From the NCBI GenBank assembly GCA_035565335.1, contig DATMSO010000026.1, positions 1 to 24,000 of the forward strand: a DNA stretch of 24,000 bases, given 5' to 3'. Below are positions 1 to 9,136 of the stretch, piece after piece. The notes beneath the pieces were generated by a model, which did not search any database, was not told where the DNA came from, and worked only from the letters and a program-made list of their open reading frames with translations. Positions within the stretch are counted from its first letter, which is position 1. Each line of letters begins with the position of its first letter. The position numbers and the translations under genes were made by a program. The DNA comes from Methylovorus sp. (GTDB lineage Bacteria > Pseudomonadota > Gammaproteobacteria > Burkholderiales > Methylophilaceae).

Positions 1-692
1 GCCTGATCTACAAGCCTGTTGAGCCTGTCTCGCTGTATGCCAGTTACAGCCAGTCCTATGTGCCACGCGCAGGCGACCAGCTGACCTCGCTGACAGTAGT
101 CACCAGCACGTTTGATCCGGAAAAATTCAAGAACACCGAGGTCGGCGCCAAGTGGGAAGTAAAACCCGGTCTGGAAATCAATGCCGCCTTGTTCAAGCTG
201 GAACGTACCAATGTCGCGGTGTCGACCAGTGCTACCACATCCGCCCTGGTGGATGGTCAGGATACCAAGGGCTTTGAATTGAGCGCACTGGGCCGGATTA
301 CCGACAAGTGGAATGTGATTGGCGCCTACACCCTGCAAAAAGCCGAGCTGGTGGACACGACCAGCGTCGGTGCCGATGGGGCCAGCGCACCCAATACGCC
401 ACGCAATACCTTCTCGCTATGGAACCGCTACGACATTAATGAAACCTGGGGTGTTGCCCTTGGTGCCATCAGCCGCAGCGAGATGTATACCTCGTTTGAC
501 AATACCGTGCAGCTGCCTGGCTACGCACGCTTTGACGGCGCAGTTTACGCCAAACTCGATAAAAACCTGCGCCTGCAGGTCAATATCGAGAATATCCTGA
601 ACAAGGAGTATTACCTCTACGCCCACAACAATAACAACATCACACCGGGTTCTCCCACGGCGGCGCGCGCTACCCTGATCTACAATTTCTGA
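1..692 (+). CDS. TonB-dependent outer-membrane (siderophore-type) receptor, C-terminal fragment; the 5' end lies outside the window
   Basis: Frame 3 is open from base 3 (LIYKPVEPVSLYASYSQSYVPRAGDQ...), so the listed 60..692 ORF is only the tail of a longer gene. It shows a beta-strand-like alternating pattern, the motifs NTPRNTFSLWNRY and LNKEYY, and the terminal ...ATLIYNF (C-terminal Phe typical of OM beta-barrels). A strong terminator follows. Confidence 0.88.
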   Translation, partial: LIYKPVEPVSLYASYSQSYVPRAGDQLTSLTVVTSTFDPEKFKNTEVGAKWEVKPGLEINAALFKLERTNVAVSTSATTSALVDGQDTKGFELSALGRITDKWNVIGAYTLQKAELVDTTSVGADGASAPNTPRNTFSLWNRYDINETWGVALGAISRSEMYTSFDNTVQLPGYARFDGAVYAKLDKNLRLQVNIENILNKEYYLYAHNNNNITPGSPTAARATLIYNF

Positions 693-731
693 TCAGGAGT
701 TCCGTACTGGCAGGCGTGAGGGCCTGCAAAT

Positions 732-768
732 AAAAAAAGCACACGCATTTCCACGTGTGCTTTTTGTT
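732..768. terminator. Bidirectional rho-independent terminator shared by the convergent TonB-receptor and uup genes
   Basis: The stem aaaaagcacacg (734-745) pairs perfectly with cgtgtgcttttt (754-765) around an 8-nt loop. An A-run lies 5' and a T-run 3', so a U-tract follows the hairpin on both strands. It sits in the 96-bp gap between stop codons at 692 and 789. Confidence 0.8.
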
Positions 769-788
769 GCCTGCAAATGGAGCGGAGT

Positions 789-2696
789 TTAACGCTTGCT
801 TTCCAGCTCTTCCCAGCGCTGCATGGCGGCATCAATGGCTGAAGTCAGCTCATCCAGCCGCGCTTGCAGGGTTTTTACCTGCTCGGGGTTTTCGCGGTAA
901 AGGTCAGGGTTGGCGAGTGACACATTGATCTCGGCCTGTTCCTTTTCCAGCAGCTCAATACGGCCGGGCAGCTCTTCCAGTTCGCGGTTTTCCTTGAAGC
1001 TGAGGCGATTGGCCGCCGGTTTGGCCGCTGCTGGTTTGGTCGCGGCAGGTGTGCTGGCAGCCCGGGTTTTCCCGGCTGCCAGGTTGGCTGCCTGCTGTTG
1101 CTTGTAGCGATACCAGTCGTCATAGCCGCCGCCAAACTCATCCAGTACACCATGGCCTTCAAACGCAATCACCTGGGTGACGGTGTTTTCGAGGAAAGCT
1201 CTGTCATGGCTGACCAGGAACAGCGTACCTTCAAACTCCTGCAGCAGGTTTTCCAGCAGCTCCAGCGTATCGATATCCAGATCGTTGGTTGGCTCGTCCA
1301 GTACCAGCACATTGGCCGGGCGGGCGAACAGACGTGCCAGCAGCAGGCGGTTGCGCTCACCACCGGAGAGCGATTTCACCGGCGAGCGCGAGCGCTGCGG
1401 CGGGAATAAAAAGTCTTCCAGATAGCTGATGACATGCTTGCGCTCATTGCCGATCTGCACGAATTCGGAGCCGGGGCTGATGGTGTCGGCCAGCGTGGCT
1501 TCTTCATCCAGCTGCTCGCGCATCTGGTCAAAATACGCCACATTCAGATTGGTGCCACGCTGTATGCTGCCGCTATCGGGTTCCAGCTCGCCCAGTATCA
1601 TCTTGAGCAGGGTGGATTTGCCCGCGCCATTCGGACCCAGCAGGCCGATGCGGTCGCCCCGCAGAATGCGCGTGCTGAAATCCTTGACCAGTACCTTGTC
1701 GCCGTAGGCTTTGTTGACATGCTCCAGCTCGGCGACCAGCTTGCCTGAGCGTTCGCCACTGTCCAGCGTGAGTTTCACATTGCCCTGGCGCTCGCGACGT
1801 GCCGCCCGCTCCAGACGCAGCTGCTCCAGCCGCCGCACGCGGCCTTCGTTGCGGGTACGGCGCGCCTTGATGCCCTGGCGTATCCAGGCTTCTTCCTGCG
1901 CCAGCACCTTGTCAAATTTGGCAGCATGCGTGGCCTCTACCGCCAGCAGCTCTTCTTTCTTCACCAGATACTGGGTGTAATTGCCAATGAAATCGGTCAG
2001 ATGGCCGCGGTCCAGCTCGACAATGCGGGTCGCCAGGCGATCCAGAAAGCGGCGATCGTGGGTAATGAACAGTACGCTGCCCTGAAAGCCGAGCAACAGC
2101 TCTTCCAGCCATTCAATCGCGGCAAAATCCAGGTGGTTGGTCGGTTCGTCCAGTAGCAGAACTTCGGGCTCTGCCACCAGGGCGCGGCCCAGGGCCACGC
2201 GCTTGCGCCAGCCGCCGGAGAGGGTGGAGATCAGGGCATCCGGGTTCAATTCCAGGCGGCTCAGCGCGGCGTCGACCTTGCTTTGCGACTGCCAGCCCTG
2301 GCGGGCATCCAGCTCGTGCTGCAAGACTTGCATGCGGGCCATCAGCTGGTCGAGATCGGCATCGGGGTTGCCCATGCTGTGCGATACCTGATGGTATTCA
2401 AGCAGGATTTTCTGCAGGTCGCCCAGGCCTTCGGCAACCGCTTCAAACACGGTGTGGGTCGGCTCCAGTACAGGTTCCTGTGGCACATAGGCCACGCGGG
2501 CATTGGGTGCCCGCCACAGGGTGCCGTCGTCCAGTTTGCTGTCGCCGGCGATGACTTTCAGCAGGCTGGATTTGCCAGCCCCGTTGCGGCCAATCAGGCC
2601 GACACGTTCACCGGGGTCGAGCTGAAAATCGGCGTGATCAAGTAGAGGGTAATGTCCATAAGCCAGGCTGGCTTGGTCGAGCGTGATATAAGGCAT
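789..2696 (-). CDS. uup: ABC-F family ATPase Uup (two ABC cassettes plus a C-terminal coiled-coil)
   Basis: 635 aa, the same length as E. coli Uup. The N-terminus aligns residue for residue (MPYITLDQASLAYGHYPLLD vs MSLISMHGAWLSFSDAPLLD, from memory). It has two Walker A sites (GRNGAGKSS, GPNGAGKST), two LSGG signatures (LSGGWRKR, LSGGERNR), the QEE.WIRQGIKARRTRNEGR linker and a charged coiled-coil tail. Confidence 0.92.
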   Translation of the reverse strand: MPYITLDQASLAYGHYPLLDHADFQLDPGERVGLIGRNGAGKSSLLKVIAGDSKLDDGTLWRAPNARVAYVPQEPVLEPTHTVFEAVAEGLGDLQKILLEYHQVSHSMGNPDADLDQLMARMQVLQHELDARQGWQSQSKVDAALSRLELNPDALISTLSGGWRKRVALGRALVAEPEVLLLDEPTNHLDFAAIEWLEELLLGFQGSVLFITHDRRFLDRLATRIVELDRGHLTDFIGNYTQYLVKKEELLAVEATHAAKFDKVLAQEEAWIRQGIKARRTRNEGRVRRLEQLRLERAARRERQGNVKLTLDSGERSGKLVAELEHVNKAYGDKVLVKDFSTRILRGDRIGLLGPNGAGKSTLLKMILGELEPDSGSIQRGTNLNVAYFDQMREQLDEEATLADTISPGSEFVQIGNERKHVISYLEDFLFPPQRSRSPVKSLSGGERNRLLLARLFARPANVLVLDEPTNDLDIDTLELLENLLQEFEGTLFLVSHDRAFLENTVTQVIAFEGHGVLDEFGGGYDDWYRYKQQQAANLAAGKTRAASTPAATKPAAAKPAANRLSFKENRELEELPGRIELLEKEQAEINVSLANPDLYRENPEQVKTLQARLDELTSAIDAAMQRWEELESKR

Positions 2697-2701
2697 GCGG
2701 C

Positions 2702-2710
2702 ATTTTAACA
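2702..2710 (-). promoter_or_regulatory. Candidate extended -10 promoter element (TGtTAAAAT) 5 nt upstream of the uup ATG
   Basis: The minus strand reads cTGtTAAAATgccgcATG, with no Shine-Dalgarno between the element and the ATG. The 10-mer TAAAATGCCG recurs upstream of the methyltransferase ATG at 21033-21042. Confidence 0.4.
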
Positions 2711-2729
2711 GGTTGCAGCGCGCATGCGC

Positions 2730-4793
2730 CTATCGTGCCGATGTTTTGCCTGAGGCGCTTTCCTGCTTCAGCTGTTGTAGTACATCGGCGCAGCTCGCCT
2801 GCTGGCCATTGCCGGGGTCTATAAACGGCAGAATGGCGGCCAGTGGATTGATCAGCCCCAGGGCAATGCCGCCTACCACGCGCAGCGCGATCGGCGTTTT
2901 TTCGATATTCACCTCGGGCTGCAAAAAGCTGCCCTGGACATGGATAGGCGAACGCACGGTCAGCGGCGATACATTCTTGGGCTTGGCTACCAGGCGCAGA
3001 TCCAGTGCTTCCTTGCCCATGTCGATATGTCCGTCGGTCAGCACGCGGGTCACCGGTGTATCCATCAGGCCCACGCGTGGGCTGAGTACCCCATGCGTGG
3101 CCTGCATGTCGATCACGGCGCATTGCAATGGCACCGGGCTATCGCCCTGTATCATCACGCCCAGCGCCTGCGCAATATCGAGCCCGAGCGCCTCGACGAT
3201 AAGATGCGAGACCGAGCCATCGCGTACGTTCATGAAGATATTGCCATCCAGCGAACCCAGCAGCTCGGCGGTCGTTTGGCCTTTGCCATCCAGCTTGGCC
3301 CGGCCATTAAGCGTGCCGGTGAGATAGGGCTGCGGCTCGGGGCGGTTTTCTTTTCGGGCATTCTCACGCTGGGTTTGCGAGACTTTCAGCCATTTATAGA
3401 GATCAATGTTTTTCCAGGTAAGGTCGGCACGCCACACTGGTATCGCCTCCGGCGGCAGTTTTTTGACGTCTGCTTCCAGCCCATTCAGCTTGCTGGCATC
3501 CACCGAGATCATGCCAGACAGGCTGCCATCGGCGGTGCGCGCATCAATATCGGCCAGCCCCAGTTTGCCTTTTTCCAGTTGCAGGGCGGCACGCAGCGGG
3601 GCGATAGGGCGCTGGAAAGCGGCACCCAGGTCCACATAGTCCATGAGCAGGCTGATGCGGGCGTCCATCTTGTTCAAGGCCGGCAGGTTCAGCGGCTTAT
3701 CCGGAATGGCGCGTGTGCGTGGCGCATGCTCACCGGCCTCGGCTTCGCTGGCGGTACCGAACGCCGGCCCCAGATCGGCCAGCACAAAGCGCTTGCCGCG
3801 AATATCGCCAGTTAGCAGCGGGGTTTCAGGCCGCAGGTCATATTTGAACTTGCCGGTAAGATCACTGCTACCGACATGGGCAGAGGTGACATCGGCCAGC
3901 CACAGGCCGCCTTCCTTTTGCAATCTGGTGGTCAGGGTAAAGGGCGCCGTGGTGGGCAACACCGTGCTGACCAGATGGCCAAACAGGCTGAGTGACGGCC
4001 CTTTGACGGTCAGCGTGCCCTTGATGGATTGCTCGCCCAGCGCGTCAGCCACTTGCCCGTCAAAGTCAGCGCGCAGGCCACCGTATTCCACCCAGCCTTT
4101 AGAGCGCACGCTGTCATTGTTTTCCTTGAGACTGGCAATCGGCAAAAAGCCGCTGGTGACAAGGTGACCGCGCAAAGCCTCCTGGCGCAGCTTGCCTTCG
4201 ATATCGACGGTGGATTGCATGGCTGCGCTGGCAGGTCGCGTCGCAGTTTGCTCGGTACCTTCCTGCGTGTTGAAGCGCAAATCCAGGTCGGCCTGGGATA
4301 GCGCATCGCGTACTACCGCCGTGCCATTGTGTATCACCAGGTTTTCAAAAATAGGGAATGGGCGCGGAGGCTCCTGGTCATCTTTCTTGAATTGCCAGGT
4401 GGATACGCCATCTTTATTGCGCAGTACGCGGGCGTCGATCTCTTCCACGCGCAGGCTTTTGATGCGATAGGCATCGCCTGGTTTGAGCTTGAGCAAGTCG
4501 CGGTAGCGCAGGCGCAACTCCGCCTCTTTCACATCCACAAAATGCGGCACCTTGAAAGCCTCGGGCGCGGAGATATTCAGTCCGCCTGCCCGCAGGTAAA
4601 GCCCGCCCAGCAGATGCAGCTCAAATGGTGCCGTCAGCACGATCTTGCGCTCTAGCTTTTCGCTGAGGAACTGCTGCGCCGGCGCACGCAAAAATGGCCA
4701 GCCTGCCAATTCGCATGCGCCCAGCGAGATCAGCAGCAGAAGCAGCGTGATCCAGAATGTGCGAAACATCGGGCGTGAAAATAGGGTTGGCAT
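2730..4793 (-). CDS. AsmA-family outer-membrane biogenesis / lipid-transport protein
   Basis: About 690 aa with a single N-terminal hydrophobic anchor (FWITLLLLLISLGAC), then a long beta-rich, Gly/Asp/Leu-rich periplasmic region and a conserved C-terminal block (DTPVTRVLTDGHIDMGKEALDLRLVAKPK...SPLTVRSPIHVQGSF) typical of AsmA/AsmA_2 families. The start is uncertain: TTG at 4808, ATG at 4793 (used here) or ATG at 4769, none with a clear SD. Confidence 0.8.
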   Translation of the reverse strand: MPTLFSRPMFRTFWITLLLLLISLGACELAGWPFLRAPAQQFLSEKLERKIVLTAPFELHLLGGLYLRAGGLNISAPEAFKVPHFVDVKEAELRLRYRDLLKLKPGDAYRIKSLRVEEIDARVLRNKDGVSTWQFKKDDQEPPRPFPIFENLVIHNGTAVVRDALSQADLDLRFNTQEGTEQTATRPASAAMQSTVDIEGKLRQEALRGHLVTSGFLPIASLKENNDSVRSKGWVEYGGLRADFDGQVADALGEQSIKGTLTVKGPSLSLFGHLVSTVLPTTAPFTLTTRLQKEGGLWLADVTSAHVGSSDLTGKFKYDLRPETPLLTGDIRGKRFVLADLGPAFGTASEAEAGEHAPRTRAIPDKPLNLPALNKMDARISLLMDYVDLGAAFQRPIAPLRAALQLEKGKLGLADIDARTADGSLSGMISVDASKLNGLEADVKKLPPEAIPVWRADLTWKNIDLYKWLKVSQTQRENARKENRPEPQPYLTGTLNGRAKLDGKGQTTAELLGSLDGNIFMNVRDGSVSHLIVEALGLDIAQALGVMIQGDSPVPLQCAVIDMQATHGVLSPRVGLMDTPVTRVLTDGHIDMGKEALDLRLVAKPKNVSPLTVRSPIHVQGSFLQPEVNIEKTPIALRVVGGIALGLINPLAAILPFIDPGNGQQASCADVLQQLKQESASGKTSAR

Positions 4794-4980
4794 GCAATTC
4801 TTATTCAATGGTGGATGTTCAAATGGAAAGCATAAACGCCGACAAGTTCACCCGGTAAGTGAGTTGGGGCCGCAATTCCCATCGCTGGCTGGGCAGAATA
4901 CGCTATCAGGCGGGAGAAAAATACGGGGTTTTTACAATGCGTCTTGCTGCACGGGCGCCATTATCGCCGCTGGCATGGTT

Positions 4981-5682
4981 TCAATCGGCGTCGGTCAGCA
5001 GGCGATAACCCACGCCAGTTTCGGTCAGCAGATAGCGCGGTTGTGCCGGGTCGGCTTCCAGCTTGTGCCGCAAATGCCCCATGTAAATCCGCACATAATG
5101 CCCGCTCTCGATATGGCTGGGGCCCCAGACTTCCTTCAACAGCTGGCGCTGCGTGACCACGCGTCCGGCATAGCGTATCAGCGCCGCCAGAAGCCGGAAT
5201 TCGATGGGCGTGAGACTGACGAGGGCATCGCCGCGCCTGACTTCGCGGTTCGCCAGATCCACCTGAATGTTGCCGATGGTGAAGATGCTCTCCTGCGTGG
5301 CCGTGCCGGCGCGGCTTTGGCGGCGCAGCTGGGCGCGTATGCGCGCCAGTAATTCGGCGGTGCCAAACGGCTTGGTCAGGTAATCGTCCGCACCGGCATC
5401 CAGCGCGCTGACTTTCTGCGCTTCCTGCGTGCGGGCAGACAGCACGATCACTGGCACATGGCTCCAGCTGCGAATCTGGCGAATGACGTCTATGCCATCC
5501 ATGTCCGGCAGACCGAGGTCGAGAATCACCGCATCCGGTTTGCGCGTGCCGCAGTCAATCACGCCCTGTTTGCCGCTGTCGGTGCTGTAGACCGTAAAGC
5601 CTGCCTCTTCCAGCGCCGCCTGCACGAAACGCTGAATCTGCAGTTCATCTTCAATCAGGATGACGGTGGCGGTGCTGGTCAT
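4981..5682 (-). CDS. kdpE: KdpE, OmpR-family response regulator of the kdp operon
   Basis: 233 aa with a receiver domain (VILIEDE..., DAVILDLGLPDMDG, KPF) and a winged-helix OmpR-type C-terminus (LTPIEFRLLAALIRYAGRVVTQRQLL...HYVRIYMGHLRHKLE...TETGVGYRL). Its ATG overlaps the kdpD stop as ATGA (5679-5682). Confidence 0.93.
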   Translation of the reverse strand: MTSTATVILIEDELQIQRFVQAALEEAGFTVYSTDSGKQGVIDCGTRKPDAVILDLGLPDMDGIDVIRQIRSWSHVPVIVLSARTQEAQKVSALDAGADDYLTKPFGTAELLARIRAQLRRQSRAGTATQESIFTIGNIQVDLANREVRRGDALVSLTPIEFRLLAALIRYAGRVVTQRQLLKEVWGPSHIESGHYVRIYMGHLRHKLEADPAQPRYLLTETGVGYRLLTDAD

Positions 5683-8399
5683 GCAGGGCTATCCTCGGCA
5701 AGCGGTGGAGCGGGCGGTTGGCCCAATGGTAAGGAAAAAATGAAACGGGTGCCATGCGGCGGCGTGTCTTCGGCCCACAATTCGCCGCCATGCGCCTGGA
5801 TGATGGCCTTGCAGATGGATAAACCCAGACCGACGCCGGGTTTGGACGACTCCGCCTGGCCGCGCGCGAATTTCTGGAATATCTGGGTTTCCATTCCCGC
5901 CGGCAGCCCCTGGCCTTCATCGGCCACCGTGATCCACACCTCTTCCTGATGCACCCGGGCGCTGATGTGAATGGTGGTGTCAGGCGGGCTGTATTTGCAG
6001 GCGTTATCAATCAGGTTGCAGAACACGCGCTCCAGCAGAACGGCATCAAACTGCAACAGCGGCAGATCGGCAGGCAAGGCCACCAGGATACGATGCTGCT
6101 GACTCACCGGCTGCATGGCGCGCAAGGCGCTGCCCAGCACTTCTTCCAGCAACTGCCACTGGCTATTGAGCTGCACGCTGCCCGCCTGTAGGCGCGCCAT
6201 GTCCAGCAGATTGACCACCAGTTGCTGCATGCGGAAGGCCTGGTCGTAGAGGGTATCGAGCGCGGTCTGCCGTTTGGGATCGGCATCACCGGCATGTCGC
6301 AACTGGTCGGCCATGCCGAGCAGAGAAGTCAGCGGCGTGCGCAGATCGTGTGAGATGGCGCTCAGCAGCGAGTTGCGCAAGCGCTCCGATTCCATGGAAA
6401 TCAGCGCATCGCGCGCCACCTCGACGTAATGCTTGCGCTCCAGCGCCAGGGCGATCTGCGCGGCAAAGGTATCCAGCAGCTGGCGCTGTTCCGGTAAAAA
6501 CACGGCGGCCTGGTTCTCCGGCACAATCGCCAGCACACCCCGGGTGCGCATGGGCGCTTTCAACGGCACATACAGAATGGGACTGGAAGGCAGAGTGTTA
6601 GTGCCGAGACCGGCATGCTCCTGATGGTCGTAGGTCCACTGGGCAATGCCAGGGTCTATATCGATCAGGGTGTGGCCATGGCTGTGGTCGGCCTCTGGCA
6701 GTTGCAGTTTGTCATCGGCATCGGGCAGCAGAATGGCGGCCCGGCTCTGAAACAGGCTGGCGATATGGTGCACGCTGACATCCACGATATGGCGCGTGGT
6801 CATGGTGGAAGCCAGCTCCTTGCCAATTTCATACAGCGCCAGGCTGCGGCGTTCGCGATAATTGGCGATCACCGCCTGATAGCGCAGGCTGGAGGTCAGG
6901 TTGCTGATCACCAGTGCCACCGACAGCATGATGCCGAAGGTCAGCAGGTATTGGGTATCCGACACCGTGAACGACAGCTTGGGCGGCACAAAAAAGAAAT
7001 CAAACGCCGATACGCTGAGAATGGACGCCAGGATGCCGGGGCCGCGCCCGTAGCGGATGGAGATCAGCATCACGCCCAGCAGGTAGAGCATGATCACATT
7101 GGATAACTCAAAATATTGCAGCAGCATGCCGGCGATGACCGAGGTGGTGGCGCTGATCGCCAGCGCCCAGAGATAGCCGCGCTTTTTCAGGCCGGTGAGA
7201 TGGGCATTGGCCGCCAGGTGCAGGCTGTGCTGCGGCGCGGGCTTATGGCGTTGCGGCGGCTGGCGTACCACCACATGCAGGTCAATATCGCTGGCTTCTT
7301 TCGCCAGCTGATCGGTCACGCTGGGCACCAGCAGGCGCATGAACAGTGAACGCCGGGGTTTGCCCACCACCAGCCGCGATACATTGCGGCTGCGCGCATA
7401 GTCCAGCAGCACCTGGCTAACGGCATCGCCACTCAGCGTGGCGGTGGTAGTGGCACCCAGAGTCTGTGCCAGCCGCAGGTTGTCGACAATGGCCTGGCGC
7501 TGGGCATGGCCCAGGGTCTGCAAGGCCGGCGTTTCCACATAGGCGGCCAGCCATTCGGCTTTCATGCTGATGGCGAGTCTGGCGGCGGTTCTGACCAGCT
7601 GTTCGGCTTCCGGCCCCGGCCCCAGGCCCACCAGTATGCGCTCATGCGCCTGCCATACCGGCTGTATGCTCTGGTCACTGCGGTATTCGCGCATTTGCGC
7701 ATCCACGCGGTCGGCGGTGCGGCGCAGCGCCATCTCGCGCAGGGCAATCAGATTGCCCTTGCGGAAGAAATGCTTGCGGGCGCGGTCAGCCTGTTGCGCC
7801 ATATACACCTTGCCATCCTGCAGACGCTGCAGCAGTTCTTCCGGCGGCAGGTCAACCAGGGTCACTTCATCGGCCAGGTCAAACACCTTGTCCGGCACCG
7901 TTTCGGCCACGCGGATCCCGGTGATCTGGCCGACGACATCGTTCAGGCTTTCCAGATGCTGCACATTCAGCGTGGTGTAGACATCAATGCCGGCTGAGCA
8001 CAGCTCCTCCACATCCTGCCAGCGCTTGGGGTGACGCGAGCCTTCGGCATTGGAGTGCGCCAGCTCATCCACCAGCAGCAGGCCGGGGCGGCGCGCCAGC
8101 GCGGCATCCAGGTCGAATTCATACAGCGTCTTGTCGCGGTAGTTCAGGCTTTTGAGCGGCAATTGCGGCAGGCCTTGCAGCCGCAGTTCCGTGTCGCGGC
8201 GGCCATGCGTTTCAATCACGCCGACCAGCACATCTTCGCCTTCCTGCAAGCGCGCATGCGCGGCGGAGAGCATGGCAAAGGTTTTTCCTACGCCCGCGCA
8301 ACCGCCAAAGAAAATCTTGAGGCGGCCACGCCGCTGGCGGGCATCTTCCTGCTGCAGTTTTTCCAGCAGCGCATCGGGGTCGGGGCGCAGATGATTCAT
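5679..8399 (-). CDS. kdpD: KdpD, sensor histidine kinase of the kdp system
   Basis: 906 aa. The N-terminal KdpD domain carries a Walker A (FFGGCAGVGKT) and MNHLRPDPDALLEKL, which matches the E. coli KdpD N-terminus. It continues with a Usp-like region, a four-TM block, a GAF-like region, the HisKA H-box (SAISHDLRTPLTS) and a HATPase_c domain (N, G1 DEGQGLP, G2 GVGLGLSIC). Confidence 0.95.
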   Translation of the reverse strand: MNHLRPDPDALLEKLQQEDARQRRGRLKIFFGGCAGVGKTFAMLSAAHARLQEGEDVLVGVIETHGRRDTELRLQGLPQLPLKSLNYRDKTLYEFDLDAALARRPGLLLVDELAHSNAEGSRHPKRWQDVEELCSAGIDVYTTLNVQHLESLNDVVGQITGIRVAETVPDKVFDLADEVTLVDLPPEELLQRLQDGKVYMAQQADRARKHFFRKGNLIALREMALRRTADRVDAQMREYRSDQSIQPVWQAHERILVGLGPGPEAEQLVRTAARLAISMKAEWLAAYVETPALQTLGHAQRQAIVDNLRLAQTLGATTTATLSGDAVSQVLLDYARSRNVSRLVVGKPRRSLFMRLLVPSVTDQLAKEASDIDLHVVVRQPPQRHKPAPQHSLHLAANAHLTGLKKRGYLWALAISATTSVIAGMLLQYFELSNVIMLYLLGVMLISIRYGRGPGILASILSVSAFDFFFVPPKLSFTVSDTQYLLTFGIMLSVALVISNLTSSLRYQAVIANYRERRSLALYEIGKELASTMTTRHIVDVSVHHIASLFQSRAAILLPDADDKLQLPEADHSHGHTLIDIDPGIAQWTYDHQEHAGLGTNTLPSSPILYVPLKAPMRTRGVLAIVPENQAAVFLPEQRQLLDTFAAQIALALERKHYVEVARDALISMESERLRNSLLSAISHDLRTPLTSLLGMADQLRHAGDADPKRQTALDTLYDQAFRMQQLVVNLLDMARLQAGSVQLNSQWQLLEEVLGSALRAMQPVSQQHRILVALPADLPLLQFDAVLLERVFCNLIDNACKYSPPDTTIHISARVHQEEVWITVADEGQGLPAGMETQIFQKFARGQAESSKPGVGLGLSICKAIIQAHGGELWAEDTPPHGTRFIFSLPLGQPPAPPLAEDSPA

Positions 8400-8405
8400 G
8401 CTGGC

Positions 8406-8433
8406 AGTATAGGCGATTTCGCCCCGGCGTCAG
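8406..8433 (-). promoter_or_regulatory. Candidate sigma70-type internal promoter for kdpDE (CTGACG-16 nt-TATACT), with the -10 ending 6 nt before the kdpD ATG
   Basis: The minus strand reads CTGACG gccggggcgaaatcgcc... TATACT gccagc ATG. There is an 82-bp non-coding gap between the kdpC stop (8482) and the kdpD start (8399), and no SD. Confidence 0.35.
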
Positions 8434-8481
8434 CAGTCCCATCCGGGCCGGCAGGATGGCGGAGCGGCAGCAGCGTCAGCC

Positions 8482-9093
8482 TCATGGCAGCGCCTTGGCC
8501 GGGCGCAGTGCATCCAGCGCCAGATTGAGTTCCAGCACATTGACGCGTGGCTCGCCCAGCACCCCGAACTGGCGGCCCTGGATATGCGTGGCCACCAGTG
8601 CATTCACTTGCGCCACCGTAAGCTGCCGCGCCTGCGCCACCCTGGCTGCCTGGTAATAGGCGGCGGCCGGGCTGATGTCTGGGTCCAGCCCGCTGGCAGA
8701 GCTGGTAACCAGGTCTACCGGCACGGCTTGATGTGTGGTTGCTGCAACATCAGCAGCTTGCGTGTTACTGGTTTGCAAGTCGGCCACGCGTTGCTTGACG
8801 GCATCAGCCAGCGCCGGATTCAGCGGCCCCAGGTTGGAGCCCGACGACGCTGCGGCATTATTGGGGTAGGGCGCGGTGGCTGACGGTCGGCTCCAGAAAT
8901 AGCCGGGGCTGCTGAAATGCTGGCCGATCAGGCGCGAGCCGATGATCTCGCCATCCCGTGCGAGCAGTGAGCCATTGGCCTGACGGGCAAACGCGGTCTG
9001 GCCGATGGCGCTGACCAGCAGCGGATAAATAATCCCGGTGAGCAGGCTCAAGCCAGCAAACATGGTGAGGGCGGGGCGTAAATGCTGTTTCAT
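8482..9093 (-). CDS. kdpC: KdpC, potassium-transporting ATPase subunit C
   Basis: [32 protein letters not shown]...F..QANGSL is the canonical KdpC N-terminus, with SASGLDP.ISP..A..Q..RVA near the C-terminus. The ATG at 9093 has a good SD (AAGGAA, 6 nt upstream). The ORF-track start at 9129 adds 12 aa and has no SD. Confidence 0.9.
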   Translation of the reverse strand: MKQHLRPALTMFAGLSLLTGIIYPLLVSAIGQTAFARQANGSLLARDGEIIGSRLIGQHFSSPGYFWSRPSATAPYPNNAAASSGSNLGPLNPALADAVKQRVADLQTSNTQAADVAATTHQAVPVDLVTSSASGLDPDISPAAAYYQAARVAQARQLTVAQVNALVATHIQGRQFGVLGEPRVNVLELNLALDALRPAKALP

Positions 9094-9136
9094 ATGCGTT
9101 TCCTTGAGCGTCTTTTGGGTATCGGCCATGGCTTGC

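Noticed and set aside
2940-3815. 291-aa plus-strand ORF (and the 2695..3327 ORF) overlapping the AsmA-family gene
   Set aside because: It is entirely antisense to a well-supported gene. Its Arg/Gly/His/Gln-rich, low-complexity composition is typical of shadow ORFs in GC-rich DNA. It has no recognisable motif or SD.
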